A stretch of DNA of 64,000 bases from Octopus bimaculoides (lineage: Eukaryota): positions 96,448,326 through 96,512,325 of the forward strand of contig NC_068986.1 in assembly GCF_001194135.2 (NCBI RefSeq), given 5' to 3'. The first letter of the stretch is position 1. Each line of letters begins with the position of its first letter. Position numbers and translations under genes: made by a program. Under the pieces are notes generated by a model. It searched no databases, was not told where the DNA came from, and worked only from the letters and a program-made list of their open reading frames with translations. This document shows, in pieces, positions 63,871-64,000 of the stretch.

Positions 63871-64000
63871 ACATCAATATCACCAATCTGGGTGATCCTA
63901 CAAAGGTTATAAGACCCCGCCACTCGTTCCTTGCTAATTATAAAAAAATTATATGCGTATGTATTATGTATATATATATATATTTAGAATAGAGGCAGCT

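Noticed and set aside
1-64000. CRISPR arrays, rRNA, prokaryotic operons or defence systems
   Set aside because: No regularly spaced repeat-spacer array, no rRNA motifs and no gene-dense prokaryotic architecture. The sequence is eukaryotic intronic or intergenic DNA.

Overview
AT-rich, microsatellite-dense, gapped (N-run) animal genomic DNA. The repeat content (tRNA-derived SINEs, RTE and R4/Dong LINEs, mariners, hATs, abundant TA/CA/TAA microsatellites) strongly suggests an octopus or other coleoid cephalopod scaffold; this is an inference, not a database result. There is no complete gene, rRNA, real tRNA or CRISPR array. Most of the window is intronic or intergenic sequence filled with decayed transposons. 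Two probable first coding exons point away from each other: 40579-40546 (-, MSDLEKLRERK) and 54602-54689 (+, signal-peptide-like). They lie near the two edges of a CpG-retaining block (~39.4-56.4 kb) flanked by CpG-depleted sequence, as expected for an unmethylated intergenic region between two methylated gene bodies. The most notable observations are hammerhead-ribozyme-like motifs (a ~435-bp tandem retrozyme/Penelope-like repeat at 47.5-48.2 kb, a dispersed copy at 16.5 kb, an unrelated motif at 41.8 kb), a PHD-type C4HC3 finger inside the RT of an RTE LINE, R4/Dong LINEs inserted in (TAA)n tracts, and a fold-back mariner built from two 3' ends. Most repeat boundaries were read by eye and are approximate.
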